Of a DNA stretch of 64,000 nt, positions 61,347-64,000 are shown piece by piece. Source of the DNA: Lepidodermella squamata (lineage: Eukaryota; Animalia; Gastrotricha); contig JBLDXI010000074.1 in assembly GCA_047495785.1 (NCBI GenBank), positions 1,116,001-1,180,000 on the forward strand. Direction: 5' to 3'. The position numbers and the translations under genes were made by a program. Position 1 is the stretch's first letter; each line of letters opens with the position of its first letter. The notes below the pieces were generated by a model. That model saw only the letters and a program-made list of their open reading frames with translations, did not search any database and was not told the DNA's origin.

Positions 61347-62868
61347 ATGCAGCATTTTTGCGGTTTAGCGGTGATAGCTGTTGTTATGCTTGGCAGCATC
61401 GCTGATGCGGATCCGCTGCCGCTAGGTAACCACGTATGTATGAGTAGATTGAAAAAATACCTAATTGCGATTGATAAGATCAAGCCGGCATGTCTTACAA
61501 CGACCCAGCGTGCCCTGGTGCGTGGTTCTCGGCTCAGGACTATCGATTTTGCTGCGGTGGCAAAATTTATTGGGGTGAGTGAGGAATTGTTCTTTATTTT
61601 CCATGTCAAGGCTGTTTCCTAATTTTTAGATCCGTCTTTCATCTATACCTGCTGCGCTGGTGGCCAGATATGCAAACGTAACGAGCCGTCTGTCGAACGC
61701 CTTGTGAGTTCCCATCGTTCGAAACTCCAAGCTTATAAATTCGTTTCGATTTTTCAGGTTGCCTCAACAACGACCGAGAAAATGATTACAACTCAACAAC
61801 CAGTGGTAATAAGGCTTATTTTACATATAATCAATCACAAGTAATTCATTTTCGCAAATTAAAACCTGTTATAGGAGATCTTTGCGAATCAAAGATTCAT
61901 GGAACATGGAATTCGGAGTCATGTTATAAATGAAAGGGCTTCTCCAAGTAGGGAAATCTTTATCATTTAAGAACTCATGCATATGTAGACTTATATATCC
62001 CTGGCATTGAAAGAAAACCGCGACTAATTCCCAAGATCTGCTCCCCAGACTTGCGACTGAAGATTTTTCGATTCCCGAAGTCCGATACGAAGATAGGTGA
62101 TCATTGGAGTGAAATCGTGTTGATCCTAGTTGTTCACCAAATAATCTAATCCATCAACTGTGAACATCAAAGTCTTCAAGTTGGAGACTAAGGGTGAACA
62201 CATTTTCACTTCATTGTTCACCTATCTTCGTGCGGGACTGGGGCAAGGATCCGATTTGGGTGTCATCGACGCTATATTGCTCACGTTCTTGTTTCTCTCT
62301 TTTCAGAAGGTCAGCAAAGGTTATTCTTGCTCATTTATATCGCAAGATCTCGGGTTCATCCGCCATTGCTACCATTATATCATTTTACCTTTTCTTTCCA
62401 GTATTGTGGTGAGCGAGATATGACGTATCTTCAACGTCTCTACCCGAACTTGGCTTGCTGCCGGGGTCGCATCGTTTACGACATTCGAGTCTGGGACTGC
62501 GATAGAGATGCAACAGTGGCCACTCGATCAATCCCATCGCCAGCAACCGACGCTCCCATGCAACGGCTTACTTGCCTCAGTCAGAACTACAACATCGAGC
62601 TAAGATTCAGGCCGTATTACCGCTGCTGCGGAACGACAACTTACGACCAAAGATACGAGAGCTGCAGAACGGTTCGTTCCCATTATCATTGTGGAAAATG
62701 TTAAAATTGAGGGCTCTTCTTATTCAGGCGATCGGACGGGACGGCTCTCGATTCGATAAGGTGGAGCTTATACAAAACTTGGCTCCACCTCGTACGCTGA
62801 TCAGCTGCAAGAACGGTGATATCAATGTTGTCTACAAAACCTACGACACGTGGAAGTACTCGTGCTAA
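61347..62868 (+). CDS. Secreted modular galaxin-like protein CysA-linker-CysB-CysC; middle exons uncertain, possibly two genes
   Basis: Spliced NDPACPGAWFSAQDYRFCCGGKIYWDPSFIYTCCAGGQIC; YCG..YPNLACCRGRIVYD..WDC; LTC..YYRCCGTTTYD..ESC...YSC*. Confidence 0.65.
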
Positions 62869-63328
62869 CTATGCGCCGCTATAGCTATATAGCTCTACCT
62901 AGTTTCAAGTGCTATTTTTTCGAAAGTTTCTAAATACAAATAAAGCTGGACGTTATTCCTCAAGAGCTTCAATCGATCTCGCGATGAAAATGAATAGGTA
63001 TCACAACAGAATGCGACGTATAAAACTAAGAAAAACTCCGAGGAATCAACTAAATTTCGTGCTAACGCAGGATGTTGTTCGCTTATAGGTTGCTGGTAAA
63101 TCGAAAAATTAGACAAAAAATGGATTAAAACCAATTAAAACATGCCTGTTTTTTTTCTAATTTACAGCAGTCATTTTCTGTAATACATGCATTGACACGT
63201 GGAAACGTGTTAAATCTGTACGTCAATAGCTTAACTAGCCAGCAGAAAAAAAATCGCCCGGTCAAAGGTGTCAGGTAGTAGAGCCAAAACCTGCAGTTTA
63301 ATTTTTAATACAATTATTTTACTGCAAA

Positions 63329-63796
63329 ATGCTGAAATTATCTTTCATAACAGCTTTATTCATCCTTTTCGACCTTCAGATCGCAAACAGCCAGGCGCCA
63401 TCGTGGCCTGCATCAAGTGGTATGTCTCGCATGGAAATTTCTTGGAATCAACAATGATTTCAAAATATCAGGATTCCCCGGTTTCCAACTGTTTACATGC
63501 CAGACAAAAGATTTTTACATCGACCCTGCCATTTTGTCTTATTACGATTGCTGCGGAACAGTCCCTTACGACTTCCGGGCTGAAAAGTGTTTCACAGTAC
63601 GGATAACTTTAATGAATTGCGACTGAGAAAATTTCCGAACTCTTTTTTTCAGCGAAAAACAGCTGCTGGACCGGTTTTGTACAGAACCGAAAATATGAAA
63701 GTTGACCAATTTGCCAATCGATTTGTCAAAGTTTGCGCTGATGGGGCTGTTTTGATTTTCGGGACCTTCTCGCAATTTTGGCCTTATAACTGTTAA
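63329..63796 (+). CDS. Secreted CysC-only galaxin-like protein (exons 63329-63419, 63472-63596, 63653-63796)
   Basis: MLKLSFITALFILFDLQIANS signal; FTCQTKDFYIDPAILSYYDCCGTVPYDFRAEKC...VC...YNC*. Confidence 0.8.
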
Positions 63797-64000
63797 ATCC
63801 ACGATACCTACTATTTGAAAATACCTCAATAAAACTATGAATTTGCATATTATTCTTATTATTGTCAGTATCTAGTACCCGCAGTTTGTAGGTTGAGCAT
63901 TTTGGCTAATAAATCAACCATAATAAATAAAAATGTCGCTCGCCTGTTATTTCAGGTGCGATCGTGTAAACAAAAGGTCACGCCTTTTATCAACTTGGCT

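Noticed and set aside
1-64000. CRISPR arrays, rRNA genes, recognisable conserved miRNAs
   Set aside because: None seen by eye. The DNA is intron-containing animal sequence, and an Rfam scan would be needed to exclude small RNAs.

Overview
Eukaryotic (animal) genomic DNA with a compact gene structure: mostly 45-65 nt GT-AG introns and one GC-AG intron. The species cannot be determined from sequence alone. (1) 0.3-3.2 kb: an internally deleted MULE-type transposon nested in a TA-flanked MITE; its long terminal inverted repeats (TIRs) each carry a tRNA-like Pol III unit. (2) 4-25.5 kb: a duplicated, partly palindromic block of small secreted-protein genes. It holds two copies of a 79-aa peptide, a Gly/Tyr/Met-rich prepropeptide, three copies of a Thr/Cys-rich protein, and two prepropeptides with an amphipathic AMP-like peptide plus a split WAP-like domain. 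It also contains a 5'-truncated LINE and a divergent Cys-loop ion channel. (3) 25.5-36.9 kb: about 11 kb of non-coding DNA upstream of a type I LRR membrane protein with a PDZ-binding tail. (4) 39.6-63.8 kb: five members of a modular galaxin-like di-cysteine secreted family, a two-Kunitz protein, three atypical class A GPCR paralogs, a carbohydrate sulfotransferase and a small secreted peptide. All gene models were spliced by eye and no database searches were run.
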